Notes: a model not told the origin generated them from the sequence alone. Positions 10,808 through 21,835 are shown, counted from the first letter of the stretch. The stretch: 64,000 bases of DNA from an uncultured Gemmatimonadales bacterium (GCA_963793305.1 CAWBZV010000003.1:1510634-1574633); one strand, 5' to 3'. Translations and numbers: made by a program.

Positions 10808-12793
10808 CTAGCGGGCGAGGCGCGCGACCCAGCGATACATGATGAGCATCGTCGCGGTAAATGCGATGCAGGACAACGCGACCGCGCCACTCGCGGCAAA
10901 CTGGTCGCCGACGAGCGACAGGGGGAAGTCCTTCCCGGAGAACGCGACGAGGGCGGCGACCAGCACGCCCACGAGCCCCTCGCCGACGATCAGGCCCGAG
11001 GCGAGCAGCACACCGAGCTGCTTGACGGCTGCCGGGTCGGCACGGTGCTCGGCACGCCGATCGAAGTACCACCCGGCCAGAGCGCCGATCACCACCATCA
11101 GCGTGACTTGGGTGGGCAGGTAAATCCCCAAGCCAACCGCGAGCGGAGACAGATGGACGCGGCCGTTCGTGGCTCGACGCAGGGCCGCATTGATGACGAT
11201 GAGACCCACACCGATCGCGATACCGACACCGATCAAGCTCCAATCGATGTTGTTCTGCAGTACACCCTGAGCGAGCGCGGAGATCAAGCCCGCCTGCGGC
11301 GCCGGCAAGGGATTGGCGCGGGCGACTCCCGGCGCGCCGAGAAACCCGTACGCGTGATTCAACAGGTCCAGGATGGGGGGGATGATCGCCGCCCCCGCAA
11401 CGACACCGAAGATGAGCGCCACCTGCTGCTTCCACGGTGTCGCGTCCACGAGTTGCCCGGTCTTGAGGTCCTGCAGATTGTTGTTCGCGATCGTCGCGGC
11501 GGCAAAGACCACCGAGACCACGAACAGGGCGTAGGCGACGAGGGCAGGTTGCGCGGCGGTCGGCAGATACGGACGCACGCCGACCACCATGAGCAGCGCC
11601 GCTCCGATGACCGCCACGATGCCGATGCCGGACAGAGGACTGTTGGACGCGCCGATAAGGCCAGCCATGTAGCCGCAGACTGACGACACAAAGAAACTCA
11701 TGAGCGCGATGAACACGACGCCACCGATCACGAGCACCGTCATCTTGGGCGCGAGCGCGCCACCGGAATCAAAATTCGCCAGCAGGATCGCGATCGGCAC
11801 CATGCAGACGAGCGTCACGACCGCCACGATGCCGATCGGAATGTCTTGCTCCGTTCGAGGCATCAGGGCCTGCTGACCCGATCTCCGCGCGCGCGAGGCG
11901 GCCAGCGCCGATCGCAATCCGCGGTACACGGGCTGCACCAGCATCAGGAGCGTCCAGATCGCCGCGATGAGAATCGTGCCCGCACCGACGAAGCGCACCT
12001 GGTGGCTCCAGGTCGCTTGTGCCAACGCGGCCGCTGTTCCATGGCCAGCGTTCAGCGCCGAGTAATGGGGAACGCCCCACGCCCAGGCGATGATCGTTCC
12101 GATCCCAATCGCGACGCCAACCCACAGCCCCACGAGGTGACCAACGCCGAAGAGTGCCACGGAGAAGAAGAGATCAAACCCGGTCACGGCGCCCCGCTCG
12201 CCAAGGCGGAAATACCGCGCCAGATCGCTGGCGAATATTCTGGTAGCCACGATGACCGCGAACGCGGCGGATACAATCGACCCGGCCGTCACCGCCAACA
12301 GGCCGGCGCGAGTGGCGTCGACGCCGCTCTTCTCAGCGGTGCCGCCACTGCCAACCTTGAGCACTTCGGCGCACGCCACGCCTTCCGGAAACGGCAAGTC
12401 CGATTCCGTCACGAGCGCGCGTCTGAGCGGGATAGAGTACATCACGCCAAGCACGCCGCCCAGTGCGCAAATCGACGCCGAGGTCCAGTACGGGAAGCCG
12501 CTCCACCAGCCGATGATCACCAGCCCGGGCAACACGAAAATGATCGCCGAGAGCGTTCCGGCGGCCGACGCGACGGTCTGAACGATGTTGTTTTCTTGGA
12601 TCGTCACGTCCTTGAAGCCGCGCAGCACCGCCATGGAGATGACGGCCGCCGGGATCGAGGTCGCGAAGGTCAGTCCTGCTTTGAGCCCGAAGAAAACGTT
12701 CGCCGCGGTGAAAATCAGCGTGATCAACACTCCGAGGATCACGCTCCGTACGGTCAGTTCTTTTCGTACGTCTTCTTTGAGGAGTTGGCCCAT
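10808..12793 (-). CDS. OPT family oligopeptide transporter
   Basis: ELTVRSVILG, GLKAGLTFATSIPAAVIS, ENNIVQTVASA, LPFPEGVACAEVL, NNLQDLKTG, APQAGL. Confidence 0.93.
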   Translation of the reverse strand: MGQLLKEDVRKELTVRSVILGVLITLIFTAANVFFGLKAGLTFATSIPAAVISMAVLRGFKDVTIQENNIVQTVASAAGTLSAIIFVLPGLVIIGWWSGFPYWTSASICALGGVLGVMYSIPLRRALVTESDLPFPEGVACAEVLKVGSGGTAEKSGVDATRAGLLAVTAGSIVSAAFAVIVATRIFASDLARYFRLGERGAVTGFDLFFSVALFGVGHLVGLWVGVAIGIGTIIAWAWGVPHYSALNAGHGTAAALAQATWSHQVRFVGAGTILIAAIWTLLMLVQPVYRGLRSALAASRARRSGQQALMPRTEQDIPIGIVAVVTLVCMVPIAILLANFDSGGALAPKMTVLVIGGVVFIALMSFFVSSVCGYMAGLIGASNSPLSGIGIVAVIGAALLMVVGVRPYLPTAAQPALVAYALFVVSVVFAAATIANNNLQDLKTGQLVDATPWKQQVALIFGVVAGAAIIPPILDLLNHAYGFLGAPGVARANPLPAPQAGLISALAQGVLQNNIDWSLIGVGIAIGVGLIVINAALRRATNGRVHLSPLAVGLGIYLPTQVTLMVVIGALAGWYFDRRAEHRADPAAVKQLGVLLASGLIVGEGLVGVLVAALVAFSGKDFPLSLVGDQFAASGAVALSCIAFTATMLIMYRWVARLAR

Positions 12794-12802
12794 GCGGCCC
12801 AA

Positions 12803-13663
12803 TTATGCTTCACGGCGCTTCACCAGGCTAGGCTTGAGCCGCCGGACCATGAGCCACAGGGCAGCGGCTATGGCGGCGAGAGGCAGCAAGACCCCGAGCG
12901 AAGCGATGCCGGAGGCGACGAACCCGATGAAGTTGCGCCAAGCTTGCCGCGTCGCCTCCCGAATCGGATGCTCCCCTGGTGCCTCGGCTAGCACGGTCGC
13001 ACGCTCGTGCACCGTGACGTCCAAAGCGCTCATGGTCGCATGCGCCTTGAGGTACCTCAGGTGCCCTTCATAGTGCTCGATCTCCCCTTGCACACGCGCC
13101 AACTCCCGCTCGAGGTCGAGCACGTCCTTGAGCTTCCCGGTGCGTGTCGCGAGGAGCACCGTCAGCTGCTGCTCCTCCCGCTTCGAGTTCACCACGCGCG
13201 CCTCGAAGTCGACATACTCTTCGCCCACGTCTCGCGCCGTCATGTTCACCGACTCGACGCGCCCGATGGGGTTGAGCTGGCCCAGCACGCCGTCGAGCCG
13301 CTCCTCGGGAACATCAATGACGAGGGTGGCCGTCTTCACGTTCTCGGCCCCACGCTGGATCGAGCTCGATCCGATATACCCGCCAAACGTCGTCGCCAGA
13401 TTCCTCACGCGCGCGACAGCCGGGTCGATCGAATCCACCTCGATCGACACTTGGCCCGTTCGGATGATCATCGGCCCTCCAGATCCCTCGGAGTCGGAGG
13501 CCATCACCGGCTGATCCAGCCTTTCTTCGGACAGTGGCGCCGCGGCCATGAATGCGGCTTTACGCGCGGCGACGGCGGTACGATCACGCTCGTACCGGAG
13601 TGCCTTTTGGCCGCAGCCAAGGGTGAGCGCGAGCGCAGTGAGCGCAATAATGGGATATCGCAT
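12803..13663 (-). CDS. DUF4349 domain lipoprotein
   Basis: Lipobox LGC; MIIRTGQVSIEV, DVGEEYVD, coiled coil ERELARVQGEIE; C-terminal TM helix. Confidence 0.85.
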   Translation of the reverse strand: MRYPIIALTALALTLGCGQKALRYERDRTAVAARKAAFMAAAPLSEERLDQPVMASDSEGSGGPMIIRTGQVSIEVDSIDPAVARVRNLATTFGGYIGSSSIQRGAENVKTATLVIDVPEERLDGVLGQLNPIGRVESVNMTARDVGEEYVDFEARVVNSKREEQQLTVLLATRTGKLKDVLDLERELARVQGEIEHYEGHLRYLKAHATMSALDVTVHERATVLAEAPGEHPIREATRQAWRNFIGFVASGIASLGVLLPLAAIAAALWLMVRRLKPSLVKRREA

Positions 13664-13728
13664 GCCAGGGAGACGCCGTGGAGCGCACGACTTGCACACC
13701 CGGCGTCACCCAGCCACTGTTTGCGGTC

Positions 13729-15507
13729 ATGAATCTCGTCTTTGCCCTCCAGTTGGCCGCTGTCGCGTCCGCGCCAATCAGCCATATCCACTACGAGGTC
13801 ACAGCGGACTCCGCCAACGTGGCCGACCGAACCCTCGGCGTCGTCACGACGTTCGATGTCGACGGCTCAGGCCAGGTGATGCTCGCGCTCCCGGGTTGGA
13901 CACCGGGCGCGTACGAGATGTCCTGGTTCGCGCGCTGGGTGCACGATTTCACCGTGACGACAGCCAATGGCCGGCCGCTCACGTGGGACAAGGCCGACTA
14001 CCAGACGTGGCGGATCGAGCCCGCCGGCGCGAAGTCGATCAAGGTCAGCTTCCGCTACGAAGCCGACACGCTCGACAATGCAATGGCCTGGACGGGACAC
14101 GATTTCGTGCTGTTCAACGGCACGAATCTCTTTCTCTATCCGGTCGGCCGCGACGTGACGTCGCCCACGGTGACAGTGCACACGCACGCCGGATGGCGCG
14201 TCGCCACCGGCATGGCCGCGGCCGCGACACCGGGCTCGTACGGCGCACCCAACTATCACGATCTGGTCGATATGCCGTTCTTCGTCGGCCGTTTCGATAT
14301 CGATAGCGTGCGCACGGTAGACCGCTGGGTCCGGCTCGCCACGTACCCCCTCGGGATCGTCGCCGGTGCGCGCCGGCAAGCAGCGTTGAGCGCGATAGCG
14401 AAGGTGATCCCGCCCGAGTCGGCGGTCTTCCATGAGACGCCCTGGTCGAGCTACACCGTGCTCGAGATCGCCGACTCGTCATTCGGCGGCGCGAGTGGTC
14501 TCGAGCACCAGAACTCGCACGTCGATGTCATCACGGCCCAGGGACTGGAGAGCGACTTCATCCCCAGCCTGTACGCGCACGAGATCTTCCACTCGTGGAA
14601 CGTCAAGCGTCTGCGGCCGGCCGAGATGGTGCCGTATAAGTACGACGCGCCCGAGCCGACGCCCTGGCTCTGGGTCAGCGAGGGGATCACCGACTACTAC
14701 GCCGATCTCGCCGAGGTTCGCGGCGGAGTCGTTGGCGACTCGGGCTTCTATGATCTCACCGCCGGCAAGATCGACCAGGTCGCCGCCGCGCCCTCATCGG
14801 CGCTGACGGACGCGTCCCTCACGACGTGGATCCACCCGACCGATGGCTCCGAATACGTGTATTACCCGAAGGGCTCGCTCGCCGGATTCATGATCGACGT
14901 GATCATCCGCGACGCGAGCGACAATCGGCGGTCGCTCGATGATGTCATGCGCGAGCTCTACGAGACGACATACAAGAAGGGCCGCGGATTCACGGCCGCG
15001 GATTGGTGGGGGGCCGTGAGTCGTGCCGCCGGCGGGAAGTCGTTCGACGAGTTCAATCGCCGGTATATCGACGGACGCGAGCCGTTCCCCTGGGACACCA
15101 TCCTGCCGCTCGCCGGCCTCCGCTTGCAGGCCGACTCGGTCCGCGAGTTGCGGCTCGGCGTCTTCAGCGCGCCGGATTCGTCAGGGCACGTGCGCGTGGT
15201 CAACGTAGAGGCGGGCAGCTCGGCGGCCGAAGCCGGCGTTCATAGCGGCGACGTGCTCGTGTCGATCGGCGATGTCGCGGTAACCGACGTGAACTTCGGC
15301 GCGCGCATCCGCGCCCGGTACGCCGCGGCCACGCCCGGCGCCGTGATTCCCGTGACGGTCGTGCGCGACGGGTCGACGATGACGCTCTCGGCTCCGGCCC
15401 GGTTTCGAACCCACGTGAGCGCCCACATTTCGGCCGATCCGGCGGCTACGCTCAAGGCGAAACGGGTGCGAGCTGGGATTCTCCACGGGACGGTCGGCGC
15501 CGCATAA
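13729..15507 (+). CDS. M61 family glycyl aminopeptidase with PDZ domain
   Basis: PGWTPGAY, GLEHQNS, AHEIFHSWNVKRLRP, LWVSEGITDYY, YYPKG; C-terminal PDZ. Confidence 0.92.
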   Translation: MNLVFALQLAAVASAPISHIHYEVTADSANVADRTLGVVTTFDVDGSGQVMLALPGWTPGAYEMSWFARWVHDFTVTTANGRPLTWDKADYQTWRIEPAGAKSIKVSFRYEADTLDNAMAWTGHDFVLFNGTNLFLYPVGRDVTSPTVTVHTHAGWRVATGMAAAATPGSYGAPNYHDLVDMPFFVGRFDIDSVRTVDRWVRLATYPLGIVAGARRQAALSAIAKVIPPESAVFHETPWSSYTVLEIADSSFGGASGLEHQNSHVDVITAQGLESDFIPSLYAHEIFHSWNVKRLRPAEMVPYKYDAPEPTPWLWVSEGITDYYADLAEVRGGVVGDSGFYDLTAGKIDQVAAAPSSALTDASLTTWIHPTDGSEYVYYPKGSLAGFMIDVIIRDASDNRRSLDDVMRELYETTYKKGRGFTAADWWGAVSRAAGGKSFDEFNRRYIDGREPFPWDTILPLAGLRLQADSVRELRLGVFSAPDSSGHVRVVNVEAGSSAAEAGVHSGDVLVSIGDVAVTDVNFGARIRARYAAATPGAVIPVTVVRDGSTMTLSAPARFRTHVSAHISADPAATLKAKRVRAGILHGTVGAA

Positions 15508-16820
15508 GCGTCTCGATCTCCGCGGCTTCGCGTGGGGCGTTCGATATCCGTCGAACGCCCGCGGGCGTGGCGATGTAATCGTCCTCGATGCGTACGCCGA
15601 TGTTCGCGTATCGCTTGATCGCCGGACGAATCTTGTCGATCATCGCCCGATTTCTCGGCGTATCGGGCACGGTCTCTATCAGGTTCGACCTGACATAGAG
15701 GCCTGGCTCTATCGTGAACGCGCTGCCGGCGGCGATGCGACCCGTGAAATAAAATTGCTCGGGATCATGCACTTCGAGCCCGATGCCGTGCCCCAGACCG
15801 TGCATGTAGTACAGTGCGTATTGCGCGCAGAGACGATCAGCGCCGCACTCGTACGTCGCGTCGGCCGCCTCGATGAGCCCGAGCCGGGCGAGGCCGGCCG
15901 CCAGGACTGCCGTGGCGGAATCACTCATGCGCCGCGCCGGCGCGTCGAGCAGAGCCTGTCGCTCCGCCGTCGCCTGTGCGTCGCGAACGATCTGATACAC
16001 CGCGCGCTGGTCTGAGGTATAGTGGCCGCTGACCGGTACGGTCCGCGTGACGTCGCCGGCGTATCCTCGATACGATGCCCCGAACGTCCATGACGACGAG
16101 ATCACCGGCCTGCATCACGCGATTGTCGATGTTGTAATGCAGCACGGTCGCATTCGGCCCGGAGCCAACCGTGCTGGCGAACGACGGCCGATCCGCGCCC
16201 TCACTGCGAAACGTGTACTCGATGCGCGCCTGCACCTGATATTCGTTCACGCCGGGCGCGACAACCGAGAGCGCCGCCCGCTCGCCGTCGGATGTGATCG
16301 AGGCCGCCCGCGTCAGGAGGTCGAGCTCGGTGGTGCTCTTCGTTCCTCGCAACTGCTCGATCAGGCGAGTCCCGTCTGAGACAATGGCGTGAGGGTGCGC
16401 GCGAATAAGCGCCGCGACATCGCCGGGCGGTGCAACCACACCGAGCGTCGTGCTGTCCTTGAGCAATGAATCGAGGACATCCTCCAGGTCAGCTCGTGGT
16501 CGGGCGGGAACGCCGGTGATGTGCGTTGCGCCCGCTGGCCCCATGCGCTGACCACTCCAGACCTCCTGCGCCGGGTCCTTGGCCTCCACGAACAGCATGC
16601 CCGACCCGTGCTTGATGATGAGAACCGCCGCATCCGGTTCGTTCACGCCGGTCAGATACATGAACGATGGCGCCTGCTCGAACGACAGATAATCCTCGGC
16701 AGGCTCGGGCGCGCCGAGGACCAGGAGATAGTCGCTCGGCATGCTCGCCGCGACCGTGGCGCGACGCGCGGCGTACTCTCCGATGGTGATCTGCGCGAAC
16801 AGCGCGATCGCGAGGATCAC
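15452..16820 (-). CDS. Xaa-Pro aminopeptidase (M24B), +1 frameshift at 16082-16088
   Basis: AMP_N region FMYLTGVNEPDA; removing one base restores VMDVGASYRGYAGDVTRT; HGLGHGIGLEVHD, FTIEPGLY, GVRIEDD. Confidence 0.9.
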
Positions 16821-17515
16821 CGATTCGCGGGCACGAACTGCCAGCGCGCGCTGACCGAGACGGAAATGGTGATCGGCCCCGCGTCGATTGGCGTCGGCGC
16901 CGCCGCCGCGCCCCCGGCCATCGCGCGCGCATACATGATCGGTCGAATCCCGTTGTCCCCGCTCGCCGTCAGCTCGATAAGCGGCCCGAGCGTGCCCCCG
17001 GCGCTTCGCGCCAGCACCTCGGCATCTCCGCGCGCTTGCACCGTCGCCCGCGCGAGCGCCTCACGCCTGGCGCTGTCCGCGTTCGACGCCGTGAACTGCA
17101 AGCTGCCGATGCTATTGGCGCCGCCGGCCAGCGCTGCGTCGATCGCCCGCCCGACGTCGTCGATCTTCCGGATGTCCACACGCACCGTGTTGCGCGCGAG
17201 ATATCCGGTGACGTTCCGTTGGGTGTATTGCGGCTGGACACTGTAGCCGGACGTGCCGAGCTGCTCGCGCGTGAGGCCGATCGCGCGAAGCGTGTCCAGC
17301 GTGGCTTTCGTGAGACGGGAGTTCTCGGCGGCCGCCGCCGCCGCGGTCGCGGCGCGCGTCTCGACGGCGACGAGAACGGTCGCGCGATCGGCCGGTGCGT
17401 CGGCATGCGCCTCGGCGGTCGTGACAATCGCCGGTGGTTGCGGCGCCGCGACTTGCGCCCGCAACGGCAACGCCAACGCCACGGAAAGGAGCAACGCCAT
17501 GTCGACTATTCGCAT
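16817..17515 (-). CDS. SIMPL (DUF541) domain protein
   Basis: Signal peptide; ADRATVLVAVET, YSVQPQY, IDAALAGGANSI. Confidence 0.88.
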   Translation of the reverse strand: MRIVDMALLLSVALALPLRAQVAAPQPPAIVTTAEAHADAPADRATVLVAVETRAATAAAAAAENSRLTKATLDTLRAIGLTREQLGTSGYSVQPQYTQRNVTGYLARNTVRVDIRKIDDVGRAIDAALAGGANSIGSLQFTASNADSARREALARATVQARGDAEVLARSAGGTLGPLIELTASGDNGIRPIMYARAMAGGAAAAPTPIDAGPITISVSVSARWQFVPANR

Positions 17516-17582
17516 ATCCGGCCCCTGGGGGTTTGGGGGGGTGACTCACGATTTCGACTATTCGTCCCGCAAGATATCTTGA

Positions 17583-19434
17583 ATGGCCATGGCCGTGTCC
17601 ACCCGTGCACTGGAACAAGTCGTCGACGTTGAGACGCCGGAGCAGGTCGTCCTCACGTTCACGATCGCCGGGATCGGATCGCGGGCCGCCGCGGCAGTGG
17701 TCGACTCGCTCATCCTCCTGATCCTGTTCATTGCATCCAGCTTGATCATGGGCAGCTTGGTGAGCCGGGGGATCCATCACGTCTCCTCGGTCGAGTCCAT
17801 CATCCTTGCGCTCTGGGTCCTGCTTACCTTCGCGATGGTCTGGGGTTACTACGTCCTGTTCGAGGCGATCTGGGACGGCCAGACGCCGGGCAAGCGGGTA
17901 ATCGGTCTCCGGGTCGTTCGCGATGGCGGATATTCGATCACCTTCGCTGCGTCCGCGGTCCGGAACCTCACGCGCGCGCTCGATGCGCAGCCGGGTGTCT
18001 TCTATTTCGTCGGGCTGGTCAGCGCGATCATCTCGCCGAGTGGCAAGCGACTGGGCGACTATGCCGCGGGGACGATCGTGGTCAGCGAGCGCGCGGTCAC
18101 CGAGCGCGGCGCGGCGCCTCCGCCCATTCCCTCCGGCGGCACGGCGATCGCGACCACGACGTATCTCACGGACGACGAGTTTGCGCTCCTCGACCGGTAT
18201 GAGCAGCGACGCGCCTCGCTCGATCGGGTGCATGCGTTCCAATTCGAGTCCGATCTGGCGGACCGGTTTCGGAAGCGGGCGCCGTCGACCGTCGCGACCG
18301 ATCGCGTGTTCCTCGCCGAGTTGTGGGCGGCGGAGCGCGACGCGCGCGCCCGCGGCGCGGCGGCGCGCAGCGACACGGGCGCCGCGCGCGAGCAGTATGC
18401 GCTCGTCGCGCAAGGCGGAGAGCGGTGGCGCGAGTTCGCCGCGCGGCTGGCCGTGTTGCGGCGGGGAGGGCTGGCCAAGCTTCCCGAGGAAGACGTTCTC
18501 CGACTTCGTCGCCCGCTATCGCGAGCTCACCACGGACTTGGCGCGCCTGACGACCGCCAGTCGCGGCCGGGACACGCAATCCCTGTGGTACTTGAACCGC
18601 CTGGTCGCCAGCGGTCACGCGATGCTGTATCGCGATCGTCCGATAGCGCCCGGCTCCGTCTGGCGATTCATCACGCGGTCTATTCCTAAGGAGATCCGCC
18701 GGTCGTGGCGGCCGATCGTCCTCGCCGCGCTGCTGCTCTACGTCCCTGCGGTCGTCGCCTGGGTCGGTGTCGTCCGGGATCCCGCATCGGCATCCTCGTT
18801 CATTCCGTCCGGTATGCTCGACCGCGCGGAAGAGGGCATCACGCGCGCCCGCGAAGGAACGGGATACATCGCCGATGACCCGCTCATGCGTCCGTTGATC
18901 TCGAGCACCGTGATCTCGAACAATATCGGTGTGTCATTCAGCGCATTCGCCGGCGGACTCTCGGCGGGCATCCTCACCGTGGTCGCGCTCGTCTTCAACG
19001 GCATCGAGCTCGGCGGCGTCTTCGGCCTCTATCAGTCCAAAGGCATTCTGCCGCTCATCGTGAAGTTCGTCGCGCCGCACAGCGTGTTCGAGCTGACCGC
19101 CATCTGCATTGCTGGTGGCGCGGGCTTCCTGCTCGCGGCCGGTATCCTGTTGCCGGGTTCGCTGACGCGGCGCGAAGCACTGATCGCGAACGGTCAACGG
19201 GCGATTCGGCTTATTGCGGGTGCAACGTTGCTGTTGCTCTGTGCGGGAACGCTCGAGGGACTCATCTCCCCCATCCCTTGGTGGACGCTGGCACAGAAAC
19301 TGACTGTATCGGGGCTGACAGCGGTAATCCTTGCTCTTTATATCAGCTTAGGATGGCATGATGATGATAAAACGATCACTGGCACTACTGACGGCGTTGC
19401 CGGCGCTGCTCCTCACGGCCGATCTGCACCATGA
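17583..19434 (+). CDS. RDD domain fused to SpoIIM (DUF95) membrane domain, +1 frameshift at 18492-18498
   Basis: RDD: ETPEQV, AGIGSRAAAAVVD, GQTPGKR, KRLGDYAAGTIVV. SpoIIM: NNIGVSFSAFAGG, PHSVFEL. Removing one T gives EEDVSDFVARYRELTTDLARL. Confidence 0.82.
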
Positions 19435-19879
19435 TGTGCTGAAGGCGGTATCGACGTTCAAGATGTTCGATCCGTCGATGGAAAAATTCTTCGACGCGTC
19501 GGCGGGATACGCGGTGTTTCCCGGCGTGACGAAGGGTGCCATTGGTGTTGGCGCTGCTCATGGCGATGGCGAAGTCATCGTACACGGCGCGGTGATCGGC
19601 ACGACATTGCTCACGCAAGTGACCGTGGGCGCACAACTCGGCGGTCAGCAATACTCCGAGATTATCTTCTTCGACAGCAAGGACGCGCTCGAGTCGTTCA
19701 AGGGCGGCCACTTCACGATGGCCGCGCAAGTCAGTGCGGTAGCGGCCGCGGAGGGCGCCTCGGCCAACGCCAAGTACAGTCAAGGCGTGGCGGTATTCAC
19801 GGTCGCCAAAGGCGGCTTGATGTACGAGGCCAGCATCGGCGGGCAGAAGTTCAGTTTCCACCCCAAAGAAACGAGCTAA
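19358..19879 (+). CDS. YSC84/SYLF lipid-binding domain protein
   Basis: GYAVFPGVTKGAIGVG, VGAQLGGQQYSEIIFF, GGLMYEASIGGQKF. Confidence 0.87.
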   Translation: MMMIKRSLALLTALPALLLTADLHHDVLKAVSTFKMFDPSMEKFFDASAGYAVFPGVTKGAIGVGAAHGDGEVIVHGAVIGTTLLTQVTVGAQLGGQQYSEIIFFDSKDALESFKGGHFTMAAQVSAVAAAEGASANAKYSQGVAVFTVAKGGLMYEASIGGQKFSFHPKETS

Positions 19880-19949
19880 CGCCGCTCTACGGTGGCTGTC
19901 TACCCCGGCGCCGTATCCGGGCGCTGGGGCCGCGGGCGAACTTGCCCGC

Positions 19950-20291
19950 ATGCGACTCGTCGTATTGTGCCTTGCCGTTGCCTGCATTGCGCAGGGCTGC
20001 CGGTCCCCGTCATACGCCGAGTCTCCGCTCGCCGACTTCGATGGTCGCATTGATCGCGTCGGCGACCGGCTTTCGGGTAACGTCATCGCCCATTTGAGTC
20101 CCGGCAGCCCGCGTGTGAGCGTCGTGGGCTCGGTCTCTGGCCGAGACGTTCGGCTCTGGTTCGGGTCGGATTTCGTCTTTTCCGGCACCATTGATGACGC
20201 ACCGGATGCGGCGACCGGCGCGATCGCCGTCAGCGGCATTCTCATTGGACCGGACTTGGGACCTGTCCCCGAACGCTTGACGCTTCGCTAG
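19950..20291 (+). CDS. hypothetical lipoprotein
   Basis: Hydrophobic N-terminus with IAQGC lipobox-like site. Confidence 0.5.
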   Translation: MRLVVLCLAVACIAQGCRSPSYAESPLADFDGRIDRVGDRLSGNVIAHLSPGSPRVSVVGSVSGRDVRLWFGSDFVFSGTIDDAPDAATGAIAVSGILIGPDLGPVPERLTLR

Positions 20292-20303
20292 ATTGCCCAG
20301 GGT

Positions 20304-20645
20304 ATGGTGCCGGCTCAAGACGAGCCGACGCTCGCCGCGCTGATCACGCGAGCAGCCGACCACGCGTCGACCCGTATCCTGCTCACCTGCGCCGTTCTGG
20401 GCGCACTGACCGCGCTCACGCCGTGGGTGGTACGGACCACCCCACGCGTCGTGCCGACGGCCCTTGGCATCTGCCTCGTCGCGTTCGGAGTCCGTGGTCT
20501 CGCGACCCATGCCTTGGCCGCTGATCCGGCCGTCACAACACTGCGCGTGCTGGCACGCATCAGTGTCGGTGTCGGCGTCATATCCGGAGTCGTTGGCGCT
20601 TTCTGGCTGTTCTTCCTCGCCTACGGCAGCTCATTCTGGAACTGA
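20304..20645 (+). CDS. hypothetical membrane protein (3 TM)
   Basis: Three hydrophobic segments; co-oriented with neighbours. Confidence 0.6.
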   Translation: MVPAQDEPTLAALITRAADHASTRILLTCAVLGALTALTPWVVRTTPRVVPTALGICLVAFGVRGLATHALAADPAVTTLRVLARISVGVGVISGVVGAFWLFFLAYGSSFWN

Positions 20646-20671
20646 GCGGCCCGAACGTCCCCGTCAGGCAT

Positions 20672-21835
20672 TTGGCGTTCTTTCGCGCCGCCAGTGCTGA
20701 GCTCGAAGGATCGAGCGAGTACCGGACTCTGCTCGCCGGGGTGGTCGTCATGCGGCTGGTCGATAAGTGGCGATCGCGCGACGGCGACAGTGAGCGACAG
20801 GTTCGCGATTTTGCGCCCGTCCAACAGACGATCGACGCGCTCGATGACAGTACGCACCGGCGGGCGCTGCAGGCTCTCATCGATGCGATCAGCGCGCATA
20901 TCGATGGGGCCGCCGATATGCGTGTCGCGAGGTTGTACGACTACGGGCTTTGTCTGGAGCGCGACGCGCGCTGGGATCCAGCCGCGGACGTCCATCTGAC
21001 AGCGATCGATCTGACGCCGCAGAACCAGTCGCTCGTCCCTCGGTGCTGTCGACAGGCCAGCGCATGCTTCCGCAAAATGGGCGATCTCGACCGAGCCGAG
21101 CAACTCGCGCTAGATGGACAGCGGGTCGCCCGAGAGATGGGTGACCAGCCGTGGTTGTTGCGGTTGCGGATCACCGCGTCCAAGATCCCCTGGTATAGGG
21201 GCGATCTGTCGACGGCGGAACGATTGCTCGAAAGTGTCATCGCGGACGCCGACGCCATTGGCTTAACCGAGATATCCGCGGCGGCGTGCCAAGATCTGGG
21301 CGCGCTCGCCAGCGATCGGAACCAGCCCGAGCTCTCGGCGCGGTACTTGTACGCGGCGCTCAAGGGGTTGGACGACCCGAGCGAGAAAATCCGCGCGATG
21401 GGAGATCTCGCGGCCGCGCTTCAAGACTGCGGGTATTTCGAACAGGCGTGGGCGCTGTTCTCGACGGTCCGTCAGTCGCCATATGCCGATGCCGAGACAC
21501 GCACCTATGCGTCACTGAACATGTTATACGGCGCCACTCTGTCGGGCGAACGGTCGCAGTTCGATCAATTGAGCCACGAGCTCCGCGATCAGCCGCTCAG
21601 CGCGCGCCAGCGCGCCAGCTATCACGTATTTCTCGGGAAGGGCTATCTCAGGTTCCATGAGCCGTGGAAAGCTCGGGTAGAGTTCGCGGAGGCGGCCATG
21701 GTCGCCCGTGACGGCGGTGTCGTCAGGTTTCGGCGCGAAGCCGAGATGCTACTGGGAATGGGGCTCGAGGTGATCCTCGACGACATTCGGCATCGCCGCG
21801 GGGCGTTCGAAGAGGCGTTTGTCGCGGTTGGATGA
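20672..21835 (+). CDS. TPR-like alpha-helical protein, paralog 1 (start uncertain)
   Basis: Helical repeats GDLDRAEQL, GDLSTAERLL, GYFEQAWAL; collinear with the next gene over its whole length. Homology extends upstream of TTG 20672 (PNVPVRH from 20651). Confidence 0.75.
   Translation: MAFFRAASAELEGSSEYRTLLAGVVVMRLVDKWRSRDGDSERQVRDFAPVQQTIDALDDSTHRRALQALIDAISAHIDGAADMRVARLYDYGLCLERDARWDPAADVHLTAIDLTPQNQSLVPRCCRQASACFRKMGDLDRAEQLALDGQRVAREMGDQPWLLRLRITASKIPWYRGDLSTAERLLESVIADADAIGLTEISAAACQDLGALASDRNQPELSARYLYAALKGLDDPSEKIRAMGDLAAALQDCGYFEQAWALFSTVRQSPYADAETRTYASLNMLYGATLSGERSQFDQLSHELRDQPLSARQRASYHVFLGKGYLRFHEPWKARVEFAEAAMVARDGGVVRFRREAEMLLGMGLEVILDDIRHRRGAFEEAFVAVG

Noticed and set aside
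17521..17545. G-rich tract GGGGGTTTGGGGGGG as a regulatory quadruplex or phase-variable site
   Set aside because: Only two long G runs, and homopolymer lengths are unreliable in this sequence.
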